DNA of 64,000 nucleotides from an uncultured Candidatus Saccharibacteria bacterium (GTDB lineage Bacteria > Patescibacteriota > SICC01), in the NCBI GenBank assembly GCA_964525455.1, contig CAZGHP010000001.1:74739-138738 (forward strand), in the 5' to 3' direction. Shown here one piece after another: positions 17,455 through 26,039 of this stretch. Within the stretch, counting starts at the first letter, position 1. The number at the start of each line of letters is the position of its first letter. The notes beneath the pieces are model-generated. The model was not told the DNA's origin. It saw nothing but the letters and a program-made list of their open reading frames with translations, and did no database searches. The position numbers were made by a program, and so were the translations under genes.

Positions 17455-18069
17455 ATGAAGAATCGACCTGCCCTCTATATTGTCCTCGGCTTTGTGATCG
17501 GAATGACCCTGAGCGGAGTTTTCGCTACCATCGCGGTTAACAGCGAGAATAACGGAATGATGGGAATGATGGGAATGCAGCGGGGGAGTATGGCTTCCGA
17601 CCGGCACTTCATCGAACAGATGATCCCGCACCACGACGATGCGGTGAAGATGGCTCGGGTGGCACAGACCCGGGCGGAGCACCCCCAAATCAAGAATCTA
17701 GCCGACGATATCGAGATCACGCAAACGAAAGAAATCGAAGAAATGCGGGAATGGTACCGAGATTGGTACGGAAAGGATCCGGCTACCGGTGGCGTGAGCG
17801 ACCATCACGACATGTCTGGAATGCAAAACGGAATGATGGGCAACTCCAAGGATTTAGAATCTCTTGAGGACGCCAAGCCGTTCGACAAGGCGTTCATCGA
17901 GCAGATGATCCCGCACCACCAAATGGCGGTGATGATGGCCCAGATGGTGCAGCAGACTGCGCGACATGATGAAGTGCGCCAGCTTGCCGGCGACATCATC
18001 GAGGCGCAGAACCGGGAAATCGACCAGATGCGTCAGTGGTACCGAACATGGTACGGGTCAGGAGTATAA
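17455..18069 (+). CDS. DUF305 family protein (metal/copper-homeostasis associated)
   Basis: Two repeats of MIPHH(D/Q)xAVxMA motif typical of DUF305; N-terminal TM anchor; TACAAT box 7 nt upstream. Confidence 0.7.
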   Translation: MKNRPALYIVLGFVIGMTLSGVFATIAVNSENNGMMGMMGMQRGSMASDRHFIEQMIPHHDDAVKMARVAQTRAEHPQIKNLADDIEITQTKEIEEMREWYRDWYGKDPATGGVSDHHDMSGMQNGMMGNSKDLESLEDAKPFDKAFIEQMIPHHQMAVMMAQMVQQTARHDEVRQLAGDIIEAQNREIDQMRQWYRTWYGSGV

Positions 18070-18121
18070 GCGTGAGCGGCCACAACAGCCACTAGGTCGA
18101 ACCGCCTCACCCCCACCACCT

Positions 18122-20191
18122 ATGCTCTACCGTTGCCCGATGCATCCCGATCAGCAGTCGGAGAAGCCGGGGCTGTGTCTAATATGTGGCATGGACCTGG
18201 AACCGGTAATTACCGGCGAGCAGGCTGGACATGCAGCGCAAGAGCGAGACTCGATGATTCGCCGCCGCAAGGTCCGGTTTTCCAGTTCGGCACTTCTGAC
18301 GCTGGTGGTGATTATATTGTCATTACCGTTTGAGTTGCCGGGCAAACACTACCTGATGCTGGTTTTGACGGCAGTTGTGGTTTTTGGGATCGGGCGAGAA
18401 TTCTTCATCGCGGGTATCCCGGCGTTCGTGAAGAGGGCTCGCCCGAATATGGACACTCTAATTGCCATTGGCACCTCAACCGCTTTACTTTTCAGCGCCT
18501 ACGTCACGTTTACCGGAGGTGAGGCTGTCTACTATGAAGTAGCGGCGGCGATTGTGACGCTAATTCTGCTCGGCCGTTATCTCGAAGCACTCTCCAAGAA
18601 GCGTGCCGGGGATGCCATTACCAAGCTCTTAGAGCTGGGCGCGAAGAAGGCGCGGGTGGTCCGTGATGGCACGGAGACAGAGGTCGATGTGGCAGAAGTC
18701 GTGAAGGGTGATATAGTCCGCGTTCGTCCAGGCGAGAAAATTCCCATCGATGGCATTATTGTCGAAGGGACGTCAGCGATCGACGAATCTTTAGTGACCG
18801 GTGAAAGTATCCCAGTCGAGAAAACTGTCGGGGATGCCGTAATCGGTGCCAGCATCAACCAGGAGGGTTCGTTACTCGTTAGGGTCGAGAAAGTCGGCAT
18901 CGAGACGGTTTTAGCCCAAATCGTGAAGATGGTAGAGGCGGCCCAGACCAGCCAAGCTCCGATTGAGCGGTTGGTTGATACCGTATCTCGCTACTTTGTC
19001 TGGGCAGTACTGGCCCTGGCGGTGCTAACGCTCGTCTTATGGCTGATGGTCGGGAACGTTCCGCTGGCGACCGCCTTCATCTATATGGTTTCGGTGTTGA
19101 TCATCGCCTGTCCCTGTGCACTCGGTTTGGCAACGCCGATGTCGGTGATGGTAGGCACCGGCAAGGGAGCGGAGCTTGGCATCATTATCAAGAAGGCCGA
19201 GGTGCTTGAGAAATCGAAACAGATTACGGCAATTGTCTTCGACAAGACCGGAACGATTACGGTCGGCAAGCCGAAGGTGACCGCAGTGAAAATCAGGCGA
19301 GGGTCGAAGCGGGACGCCCTGGCATATGCCGGAGGCCTCGAATCGCATTCTGAACATCCGTTAGCCCGAGCGATTACCGAGTATGCGAAAAGAAAGAAAG
19401 TCCGGCTGCCGGACGTCACCGGGTTCAAGGCCGTGGTGGGGCAAGGAGTTATCGGCCACATCAAACGAGCTGAATACTTCGTGGGCAGTACCAAGCTGGC
19501 TACGGCGCGGAAGGTACTGGATGATGAGGCTCGAACAGAAATCACCGCGATGGAAGCTGACGGCATGACGGTACTGGTGCTCGGGGATACCAAGGGCATC
19601 ATCGCCGCATTCGGGGTCAAGGATACTCCGCGTCCAGAATCGAAGACGGTCGTGGCGGACCTTACCCGTCGCGGCCTGCACCTCGTTATGCTCACTGGCG
19701 ACAACCGGACGGTAGCCAGGGTAATTGCCGGTGAAGTCGGCATCGAGCACGTCGAGGCGGAAGTCGCGCCCGAAGATAAAGTGCGGGTGATTACCGAACT
19801 TCAGGAAAAAGGATACTTCGTGGCGATGGTCGGTGACGGTATTAACGACGCCCCGGCGTTGACGCAGGCGGACGTCGGCATTGCGATTGGGACCGGCACC
19901 GATGTGGCTATCGAATCAGGGGACATGGTGCTCGTACGAGGAGACATCCGTAAAGCGGCGACGGCAATCAAGTTGTCACAAAAGACCTTCACCAATATAA
20001 AGCAGAATCTTTTCTGGGCATTTTTCTACAATGCCGCTCTCATACCAGTAGCTATGATCGGTAAGATCAACCCGATCCTGGCGGCTGGTGCGATGGCATT
20101 CTCATCAGTAAGCGTGGTTTTGAACGCCGCCCGTCTAAAGCGTCTCCGCATTAGCGAAGACAAGATTGGGGACCACATTGAACCTTCCTAA
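18122..20191 (+). CDS. copA: copper-translocating P1B-type ATPase
   Basis: N-terminal CPMHP...[10 protein letters not shown] metal-binding motif, transduction CPC ([11 protein letters not shown]), DKTGTIT phosphorylation site, [13 protein letters not shown] at 18122 in frame with ORF 17966..20191. Confidence 0.85.
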   Translation: MLYRCPMHPDQQSEKPGLCLICGMDLEPVITGEQAGHAAQERDSMIRRRKVRFSSSALLTLVVIILSLPFELPGKHYLMLVLTAVVVFGIGREFFIAGIPAFVKRARPNMDTLIAIGTSTALLFSAYVTFTGGEAVYYEVAAAIVTLILLGRYLEALSKKRAGDAITKLLELGAKKARVVRDGTETEVDVAEVVKGDIVRVRPGEKIPIDGIIVEGTSAIDESLVTGESIPVEKTVGDAVIGASINQEGSLLVRVEKVGIETVLAQIVKMVEAAQTSQAPIERLVDTVSRYFVWAVLALAVLTLVLWLMVGNVPLATAFIYMVSVLIIACPCALGLATPMSVMVGTGKGAELGIIIKKAEVLEKSKQITAIVFDKTGTITVGKPKVTAVKIRRGSKRDALAYAGGLESHSEHPLARAITEYAKRKKVRLPDVTGFKAVVGQGVIGHIKRAEYFVGSTKLATARKVLDDEARTEITAMEADGMTVLVLGDTKGIIAAFGVKDTPRPESKTVVADLTRRGLHLVMLTGDNRTVARVIAGEVGIEHVEAEVAPEDKVRVITELQEKGYFVAMVGDGINDAPALTQADVGIAIGTGTDVAIESGDMVLVRGDIRKAATAIKLSQKTFTNIKQNLFWAFFYNAALIPVAMIGKINPILAAGAMAFSSVSVVLNAARLKRLRISEDKIGDHIEPS

Positions 20192-20263
20192 AGTTCTCTA
20201 CCGCGTTTGTTGGGTTATCTTAGCGGCTATACTTATTTATGCATTAATACAAGGGTTAACATC

Positions 20264-20464
20264 ATGAACGCACTTCGTACCGCAAAGTATTCTGAATGGC
20301 TGGCATCCCTATTTGGGGCATGCTTTGTCTCCTTTGGTCTCGGAGCCTGGTTTGGGGAATCGTTCTCAGATCCGCTACTCGCGGTCATTGTGGTAGTCGG
20401 AATCGTGATGCATTCCTGGGGAATGTACCGAATCAACAAGCGCAATGCTGAGCAAGTTAGATAA
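20264..20464 (+). CDS. small membrane protein (2 TM), copper-module associated
   Basis: ATG at 20264 in frame with ORF 20207..20464; hydrophobic helices. Confidence 0.4.
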   Translation: MNALRTAKYSEWLASLFGACFVSFGLGAWFGESFSDPLLAVIVVVGIVMHSWGMYRINKRNAEQVR

Positions 20465-20557
20465 ATAAACTAAATCAGACACTGTACCGGTTCGGAATCA
20501 CTCAACCCACACCTACGAGTTCTGAGATTTTGGTTCGAACATAGAGACACTGAAATC

Positions 20558-20598
20558 CCTCAACGGTCTTGCTGGGGTGGTACCCAACCCGAGAGCTG
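20558..20598 (+). repeat. short island repeat, copy 3 (right boundary of low-GC island)
   Basis: CCCTCAACGGTCTTG...GGTACCCAACCCGAGAGCTGAG. Confidence 0.5.
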
Positions 20599-20692
20599 AG
20601 CAGAGTAGCTTTACGTCTTCCGGATCGACCTCGGGTAGTTTCTCCGCACCCCACATGGCGCTTCGTGCCGTGCCTCCCTATACTGGGTCGTT

Positions 20693-21058
20693 ATGGCATC
20701 GGGTAACACAGTGGAGCAGGCCGACGTACGGGCCGAATTGGATCGGGAAACCGCACGGTTCCTCGGCTCCGGCCGTGCCGGATCCCGCGCGGAAGCCGAA
20801 GCGGCGGCCATCCGGGAAATGGCGCTGGAACGTCGCATGCGTATCCTCGGCGGCAGGGACCTGCGTGCCGACACCGCGAAGCTCTTCGGCGTTCCGCCCG
20901 AGGAGGTGTCCGACTGCGAACTGCGCCAGATCAACGACATCATGCAGGCCCGCATAGACCGTCTGGCGGTGGGTGAAACTACGGCCGCGGATCTTTTGTG
21001 GACGGAAGCCCGCCGGGAGGCCGGGCACCGGGCGGCCCGACGGAAGGCGGCACGATGA
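20693..21058 (+). CDS. hypothetical protein (121 aa)
   Basis: ATG 8 nt after TATACT box; overlaps next gene by ATGA. Confidence 0.45.
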   Translation: MASGNTVEQADVRAELDRETARFLGSGRAGSRAEAEAAAIREMALERRMRILGGRDLRADTAKLFGVPPEEVSDCELRQINDIMQARIDRLAVGETTAADLLWTEARREAGHRAARRKAAR

Positions 21059-21606
21059 CCGGCCGGAAAAGTCCCGACCGCACGTCACGCCCCGGCCCGG
21101 AGCAGGGTGGTTCGCTGACCGAGGTCATGCGGACCTTCCCCTGGCTGTCGCTGGACCAGGCCGATGCCGAATCGAAGCGCCGGGCCGCCCTGCACGGGCT
21201 GAAGCCCAAGCCGCCGGGTACGGAGATCGAACACGCGGATACGCTTCCGTTCGAGGCGGTGGCGATCACCGACTGCACGGACATAGCGTGGCGGGACGGG
21301 GATATCCCGTACGCAGGGTCCCTGGACGCACGGTGGGCGAATCCCGACCGCCGCAAGCCCGACCTCTTGCGTCTCAAGGTGCGGAGACAGGGGAAGGACG
21401 GCGCACCGCTGCTTGAACCCCCGCCGGTCGTGTGGGAGAACGACCCGGCCCTCGCGCTTTTCGAGAATCGCGAACGGCTGCATGAGCGGCTGCAAAGCTG
21501 CCGGACGCTCCTTGAGACCCCGCGTGGAGTCATCGATTCCGAGACGCGCGCCCAGGTCGAAGGGCAGTATGCCGCGCTCCAACGTGCGATCAAGGGAGAG
21601 TCGTAG
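21055..21606 (+). CDS. hypothetical protein (183 aa)
   Basis: ATG overlapping upstream stop (ATGA) in frame of ORF 20998..21606. Confidence 0.45.
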   Translation: MTGRKSPDRTSRPGPEQGGSLTEVMRTFPWLSLDQADAESKRRAALHGLKPKPPGTEIEHADTLPFEAVAITDCTDIAWRDGDIPYAGSLDARWANPDRRKPDLLRLKVRRQGKDGAPLLEPPPVVWENDPALALFENRERLHERLQSCRTLLETPRGVIDSETRAQVEGQYAALQRAIKGES

Positions 21607-21628
21607 GATTCCGGGTACTATTGGTACG

Positions 21629-22303
21629 ATGCGGCGTATCATCACCATCGACGGGCCGAACGCTTCCGGCAAAGGCAGCCTGGCGCGGACGCTATCGGGG
21701 CGTCTCGGTTGGCCGGTACTGGACACGGGCCTGATGTACCGTGCCACCGGCCTGGCGGTGACCGACCAGGGAGTGGATCCGGACGACGAGGCGGCGTGTC
21801 TCAAGGTCGTCGAACGGTTGTCGTTCACGATCGATCCGCCCGACCGCCTGCTGATCGGCGGCCGTCCCGCGGACGTCCGCACGCTCCGCAGCCATGAAGC
21901 CGGCGGCGCCGCGTCCCGGGTATCGGTGCACCGTGGTGTGCGGGACCATGTCCACCGGTTGCAGCGTGAATTCGCCGAGAGCGGGGAGGTGATCATCGAC
22001 GGCCGCGACGTGGGGACGGTCACGGTACCGGACGCCCGTTGCAAGTTCTTTCTCACCGCCAGTCCGGAGGTCCGCGCCACGCGGCGCGTGGCGGAGCTGG
22101 TACGCCGCGACATCACCGCCGATTACGAGCAGATCCTCGCGGATGTCCGGGATCGCGACGCTCGCGACACCAACCGCCTCCATGACCCGCTCCGTCCGGC
22201 GCCCGACGCGCTCGTGGTCGACACGACCGGCCTCACCCCGGACGAAGTGGTCGCGGCGGCGATGCGTCATATCGCCTCGAAAGGGCTCACGGCCGCCGGG
22301 TAA
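21629..22303 (+). CDS. cmk: cytidylate kinase
   Basis: IITIDGPNASGKGSLARTLSGRLGWPVLDTGLMYR; ATG at 21629 within ORF 21413..22303. Confidence 0.85.
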   Translation: MRRIITIDGPNASGKGSLARTLSGRLGWPVLDTGLMYRATGLAVTDQGVDPDDEAACLKVVERLSFTIDPPDRLLIGGRPADVRTLRSHEAGGAASRVSVHRGVRDHVHRLQREFAESGEVIIDGRDVGTVTVPDARCKFFLTASPEVRATRRVAELVRRDITADYEQILADVRDRDARDTNRLHDPLRPAPDALVVDTTGLTPDEVVAAAMRHIASKGLTAAG

Positions 22304-22446
22304 GGCACAACCGCTTTTTCGGTGGTTTGGTTTGCCCGTCGGAAAGGGTATCCTGATAGGTCGCACCTTCACATGTCCGGTTGGCAGGAACGGGTTATCG
22401 CGCACCGTTGATAATCCTGACTGCCAACCACCAGAGAAAGGAACGC

Positions 22447-22962
22447 ATGATACATCCAGACGTTGCCATTATCGTCGGGAGCGAGAGCGACCTGGACATC
22501 GTGGAGAAGTCGGCCATGACCGACGTCTTCGATGCCATCGGCGAGAGCTGGGCCGTTTCCGCCATCTCGGCGCATCGCAACCCGTTTGACCTCCAGGAGT
22601 ACGTCAAGGAGCAGTCGGCAGGGGTCTACATCGCTGTCGCTGGCCTGTCGGCGGCGCTGCCGGGAGCGATCGCGTCCAACCTGCTGGCTCAAGGCAAGGT
22701 CAGCACGCCCGTGATTGGGGTGGGCCTCTCCAGCAGCATCCTCGACGGCCTCGATGCATTGTTGGCGATCACTCGTATGCCGCCGGGAATCCCGGTGGCG
22801 TTCGCCGGACTGGACAAGCCGGGGCTCAAGAACGCCGGCTGGCTCGCCTGCCAGATGCTTCGGTTGAGCCCGACCCAAGACGTCCAGCTCCTAGAGCACT
22901 ACCGCAGTACCTCCAAACCCGCCCAAATCGACCTACTGACATCAAAGGAGTTGATTGCATGA
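22447..22962 (+). CDS. purE: N5-carboxyaminoimidazole ribonucleotide mutase
   Basis: VAIIVGSESD and PVIGVG motifs; RBS GAAAGGA before ATG 22447. Confidence 0.85.
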   Translation: MIHPDVAIIVGSESDLDIVEKSAMTDVFDAIGESWAVSAISAHRNPFDLQEYVKEQSAGVYIAVAGLSAALPGAIASNLLAQGKVSTPVIGVGLSSSILDGLDALLAITRMPPGIPVAFAGLDKPGLKNAGWLACQMLRLSPTQDVQLLEHYRSTSKPAQIDLLTSKELIA

Positions 22963-23852
22963 CGGATACGCAAGAGAGAGAGTTGGTTACCGAGGGCAAG
23001 ACCAAGAAAGTCTGGAGAGATCCGGATAATCCCAGCGCCGTGCTCCTCGAGGCCAAGGACGACATCACCGCCCATGACGGCTTGGGGCACGAGCAACTCG
23101 CCCGCAAGGCAGTGGCGTCGACTACGACGACCGGCGCGGCATTCGAGATCCTCGAGGATGCGGACATCCCGACCCATTACCTGGGTAGGGTGGACGACCG
23201 AACGTTCCGAGCCCACGCGGTCGAGATGATTCCCATCGAGGTCGTGATGCGGCGGCTGGCGACCGGCTCGTTCTTGAAGCGCCATCCGGACTTCGAGGAG
23301 GAGGACCGCTTCGAGCCGGTCCGGGTCGAGTTCTTCATGAAGAACGACACCCTGAGTCCGCCCGAGGCCGGTGCGGATACCAAGAACGACCCGCTCATGG
23401 TGGTGGATCCGGTCACGCTTCGGACGCTGCTGTTCAAGCCGAAGCGTCCGATGGGCGATCCGGGATCGTTCATCGGCGAGGAGGTCGGCCTGCCGTTCAG
23501 CCTGACCATGGATCAGGTCTTCGAGCTCCAACGGCTCGGGGGGTGGACATTCCTCACGCTCGAGCGGGCATTGGCGAGTGAGAACATCACGCTCGTCGAT
23601 CTCAAGATCGAGTGCGGGCTTACGTCCGACGGCCGGATCGTCGTTGCCGACGAGGTCAGCAACGACTCCTGGCGTATCTGGCTGGGAGGTAACAAGAAGG
23701 CCATGAAGGACAAGCAGCGGTTCCGCGACTGGATCGATTCCGGCGATTTCAGCGACAAGGAGGAGATGCTGGCGTCGTTCGACGAGGACTACACGTGGGT
23801 GGCCGGAGTCATGGAGCGCCTTGCACTCAAGTCCGCCGCAGGCACTCAGTAG
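22959..23852 (+). CDS. purC: phosphoribosylaminoimidazole-succinocarboxamide synthase
   Basis: EGKTKKVW N-terminus and SAICAR synthetase core; start overlaps purE stop (ATGA). Confidence 0.85.
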   Translation: MTDTQERELVTEGKTKKVWRDPDNPSAVLLEAKDDITAHDGLGHEQLARKAVASTTTTGAAFEILEDADIPTHYLGRVDDRTFRAHAVEMIPIEVVMRRLATGSFLKRHPDFEEEDRFEPVRVEFFMKNDTLSPPEAGADTKNDPLMVVDPVTLRTLLFKPKRPMGDPGSFIGEEVGLPFSLTMDQVFELQRLGGWTFLTLERALASENITLVDLKIECGLTSDGRIVVADEVSNDSWRIWLGGNKKAMKDKQRFRDWIDSGDFSDKEEMLASFDEDYTWVAGVMERLALKSAAGTQ

Positions 23853-24043
23853 CGTTACACCAAAAAACCACGGCAAGAACCAGGACATACCATCCTGCCT
23901 GCTTGCCCGCCGAGAATAGTTTCTGGTAACTCCAGTTTTCTACTCGGCACCCTCTCGCATAGCGACTGACGAGACCCGGGAAGTTCGGGTCGAAAGGGAA
24001 AGGGACCCGGCCGTCCGGTTGACGGCTTTGCTACGGTAAGGAT

Positions 24044-24568
24044 ATGGACCCGCACGAAGCGCACCGACATCTCGAGCCGGGGAACGATGCGTCGGAATAC
24101 GCCAAGCTGCTCGGCGTGATCGGCCTGATCGCGCTCGGCGCGCTCGGGATTTCCGGCGGTTTCGGCGCGTTCGACGGTATGGCGTTCATGCGCTGGTTCA
24201 TGGGGCTGTACCTGCTGGTCTTTGCGGCCTTCAAGCTCGCCGACCTGCCGGGATTCGTTTCCGCCTACATCGGTTACGACGTGATCGCCAAGCGTTTCCC
24301 GACCTACGCGGCGGTCTACCCCTTCATCGAGCTCACGCTGGGACTGTTGTTCGTCTTCTGGTTCGCGCCCGGGTTCACGCTGGTGGCGACCCTGGCGGTG
24401 ATGTCCGTCAGTTCGATCAGTGTGCTGCGGGAACTCTTCCGGGGCAGCAAGATCCGCTGCGCCTGCCTAGGGACGGTGGTGCGTCTGCCGTTGACGACCG
24501 TCAGCCTGGTCGAAGACCTCGGCATGGCCGGTATGGCCGCCGCGATGCTGGCACTCGGCGCGATGTGA
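24044..24568 (+). CDS. DoxX/MauE-family membrane protein
   Basis: 4-TM small membrane protein with FKLADLPGFVSAYIGY region typical of MauE/DoxX. Confidence 0.5.
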   Translation: MDPHEAHRHLEPGNDASEYAKLLGVIGLIALGALGISGGFGAFDGMAFMRWFMGLYLLVFAAFKLADLPGFVSAYIGYDVIAKRFPTYAAVYPFIELTLGLLFVFWFAPGFTLVATLAVMSVSSISVLRELFRGSKIRCACLGTVVRLPLTTVSLVEDLGMAGMAAAMLALGAM

Positions 24569-24583
24569 CCGCCGGGCGTTTCT

Positions 24584-24814
24584 TCACTTGCCGGGCTGCG
24601 GGACGGCTGTCTCAGGCACGAACGCTTCGAGCGGTACCCCGAGCGCCTTCGCGAGCTTGGCGATGGTCAGGATGCGCGGGTTCGCCGAGTGGCCGTACTC
24701 GATGGCGGCGATGGTGAACGGCGGCACGTCGCTCCGCCGAGCGAGCTCGTATCGCGTCAGGTCCGCACGACGGCGGTGGGCGCGGAGCAGCGATCCGATG
24801 GAACGGGAAGCCAT
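24584..24814 (-). CDS. XRE-family helix-turn-helix transcriptional regulator
   Basis: LTRYELARRSDVPPFTIAAIEYG HTH; 76 aa. Confidence 0.8.
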   Translation of the reverse strand: MASRSIGSLLRAHRRRADLTRYELARRSDVPPFTIAAIEYGHSANPRILTIAKLAKALGVPLEAFVPETAVPQPGK

Positions 24815-24820
24815 ACGACT

Positions 24821-24842
24821 ATCATGCTAGTACTAGCATGAT
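24821..24842. promoter_or_regulatory. 22-bp perfect palindrome ATCATGCTAGTACTAGCATGAT, candidate operator of the XRE regulator
   Basis: Perfect inverted repeat 7 bp upstream of XRE start codon (24814), between ackA stop and regulator start. Confidence 0.5.
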
Positions 24843-24857
24843 ATGCACGCAAGCGCT

Positions 24858-26039
24858 TCAGGTCCGCGTCATGACCGTGTGGGTCGCCCGTGCCATCTCG
24901 CTCAGCTCGTCGGTCGGGACGACGAAGACGCGGGCCTTGGTGCGCGAGACGCCGATCGGCGCGAAGGCCGTATCTACCCGGCGGTTCTTGGGCGGGTCTA
25001 TCCGGACGCCGAGGTAGCCGAGGTCACGGCAGATGCGTTTCCGCATCGGCGCCGAGCGTTCCCCGATCGTCCCGGTGAATACCAACAGGTCCAGTCCGCC
25101 CAGCGCGGCCGCGTAGGCGCCGATGTACTTCCGGACGCGGTACGCGTAAGTGTCGAGCGCGAGCCGTGCCCGTGCGTCACCCGTGCGTTCGCGGCGCAGC
25201 AGCTCGCGGATGTCATCGCTGCCGCCGAGCGCGAGCAGGCCGGAGTGGCGGTTGAGGTCGGTCTCGACCTGGCGCGCCGACCGTTCGGCGGCCATCTCCA
25301 GGAGAATGCCGGGGTCCACGTCACCGGCCCGGGTCGCCATGATCAGCCCTTCCATCGGCGTCGCGCCCATCGAGGTATCCACGCTCTTGCCGCGGCTGAG
25401 CGCGGTGACGCTGGCACCGCTACCGAGATGGCAGACGATCGTGCGTGCCGGCATCGTGCCAAGTCCGCGACGGAGCGTGCGGACCACCGACCCGACCGAG
25501 ATACCGTGGAAGCCGTAGCGGAACAGCCCGCGGCGTTCGGCATCCCCGGCGGGGATGGCGTATCGGCGCGCGGTCTCCGGCAGCGTCCGGTGGAACGCGC
25601 TGTCCGAGACGCCGACGATCGGCACGTCCGGGAGGATCTGCCGCGCGTGGTCGAGTTCCGCGAGCGCCGGACCGAGATGGAGCGGGCTCCGCTCATACGC
25701 GGTACGGAGCTGGCGTTCGTAGTGTTCGTCGATCACGCGGTCGCGGCGGAACGCCTCGCCGGAAGCGACGATCCGGAGTCCGATGGCAGCCACGTCCCCC
25801 ACGCCGCGGATCACCCCGGCGCGTTCGGCTTGGCCGAGGAACCAGTCGGTCGCGCGGGCGAAGACATCCTGCGACAACCGGTGGACCGACCGCGTGCCCG
25901 CGGCCTCCAGCGATGCGGTCAGGCCGTTACCCTCACGTTCCACATGCACGCAGGCGACCTGTCGTGCACCGCGGTACAGCGCCAGCTTCTTGGACGAGCT
26001 TCCCGGGTTGATGATCAGGACGGATCCGGCCATTGCCAC
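24858..26039 (-). CDS. ackA: acetate kinase
   Basis: VLIINPGSSSKKLALY N-terminus, ASKHA fold motifs. Confidence 0.9.
   Translation of the reverse strand: MAMAGSVLIINPGSSSKKLALYRGARQVACVHVEREGNGLTASLEAAGTRSVHRLSQDVFARATDWFLGQAERAGVIRGVGDVAAIGLRIVASGEAFRRDRVIDEHYERQLRTAYERSPLHLGPALAELDHARQILPDVPIVGVSDSAFHRTLPETARRYAIPAGDAERRGLFRYGFHGISVGSVVRTLRRGLGTMPARTIVCHLGSGASVTALSRGKSVDTSMGATPMEGLIMATRAGDVDPGILLEMAAERSARQVETDLNRHSGLLALGGSDDIRELLRRERTGDARARLALDTYAYRVRKYIGAYAAALGGLDLLVFTGTIGERSAPMRKRICRDLGYLGVRIDPPKNRRVDTAFAPIGVSRTKARVFVVPTDELSEMARATHTVMTRT

Noticed and set aside
22304-22446. ZTP (pfl) riboswitch upstream of purE
   Set aside because: Considered because of the purine-gene context, but the conserved ZTP pseudoknot/GGGUCGUGAC-type core is not recognisable by eye; kept only as a generic structured-leader candidate
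22899-23888. 329-aa minus-strand ORF
   Set aside because: Antisense shadow of purC
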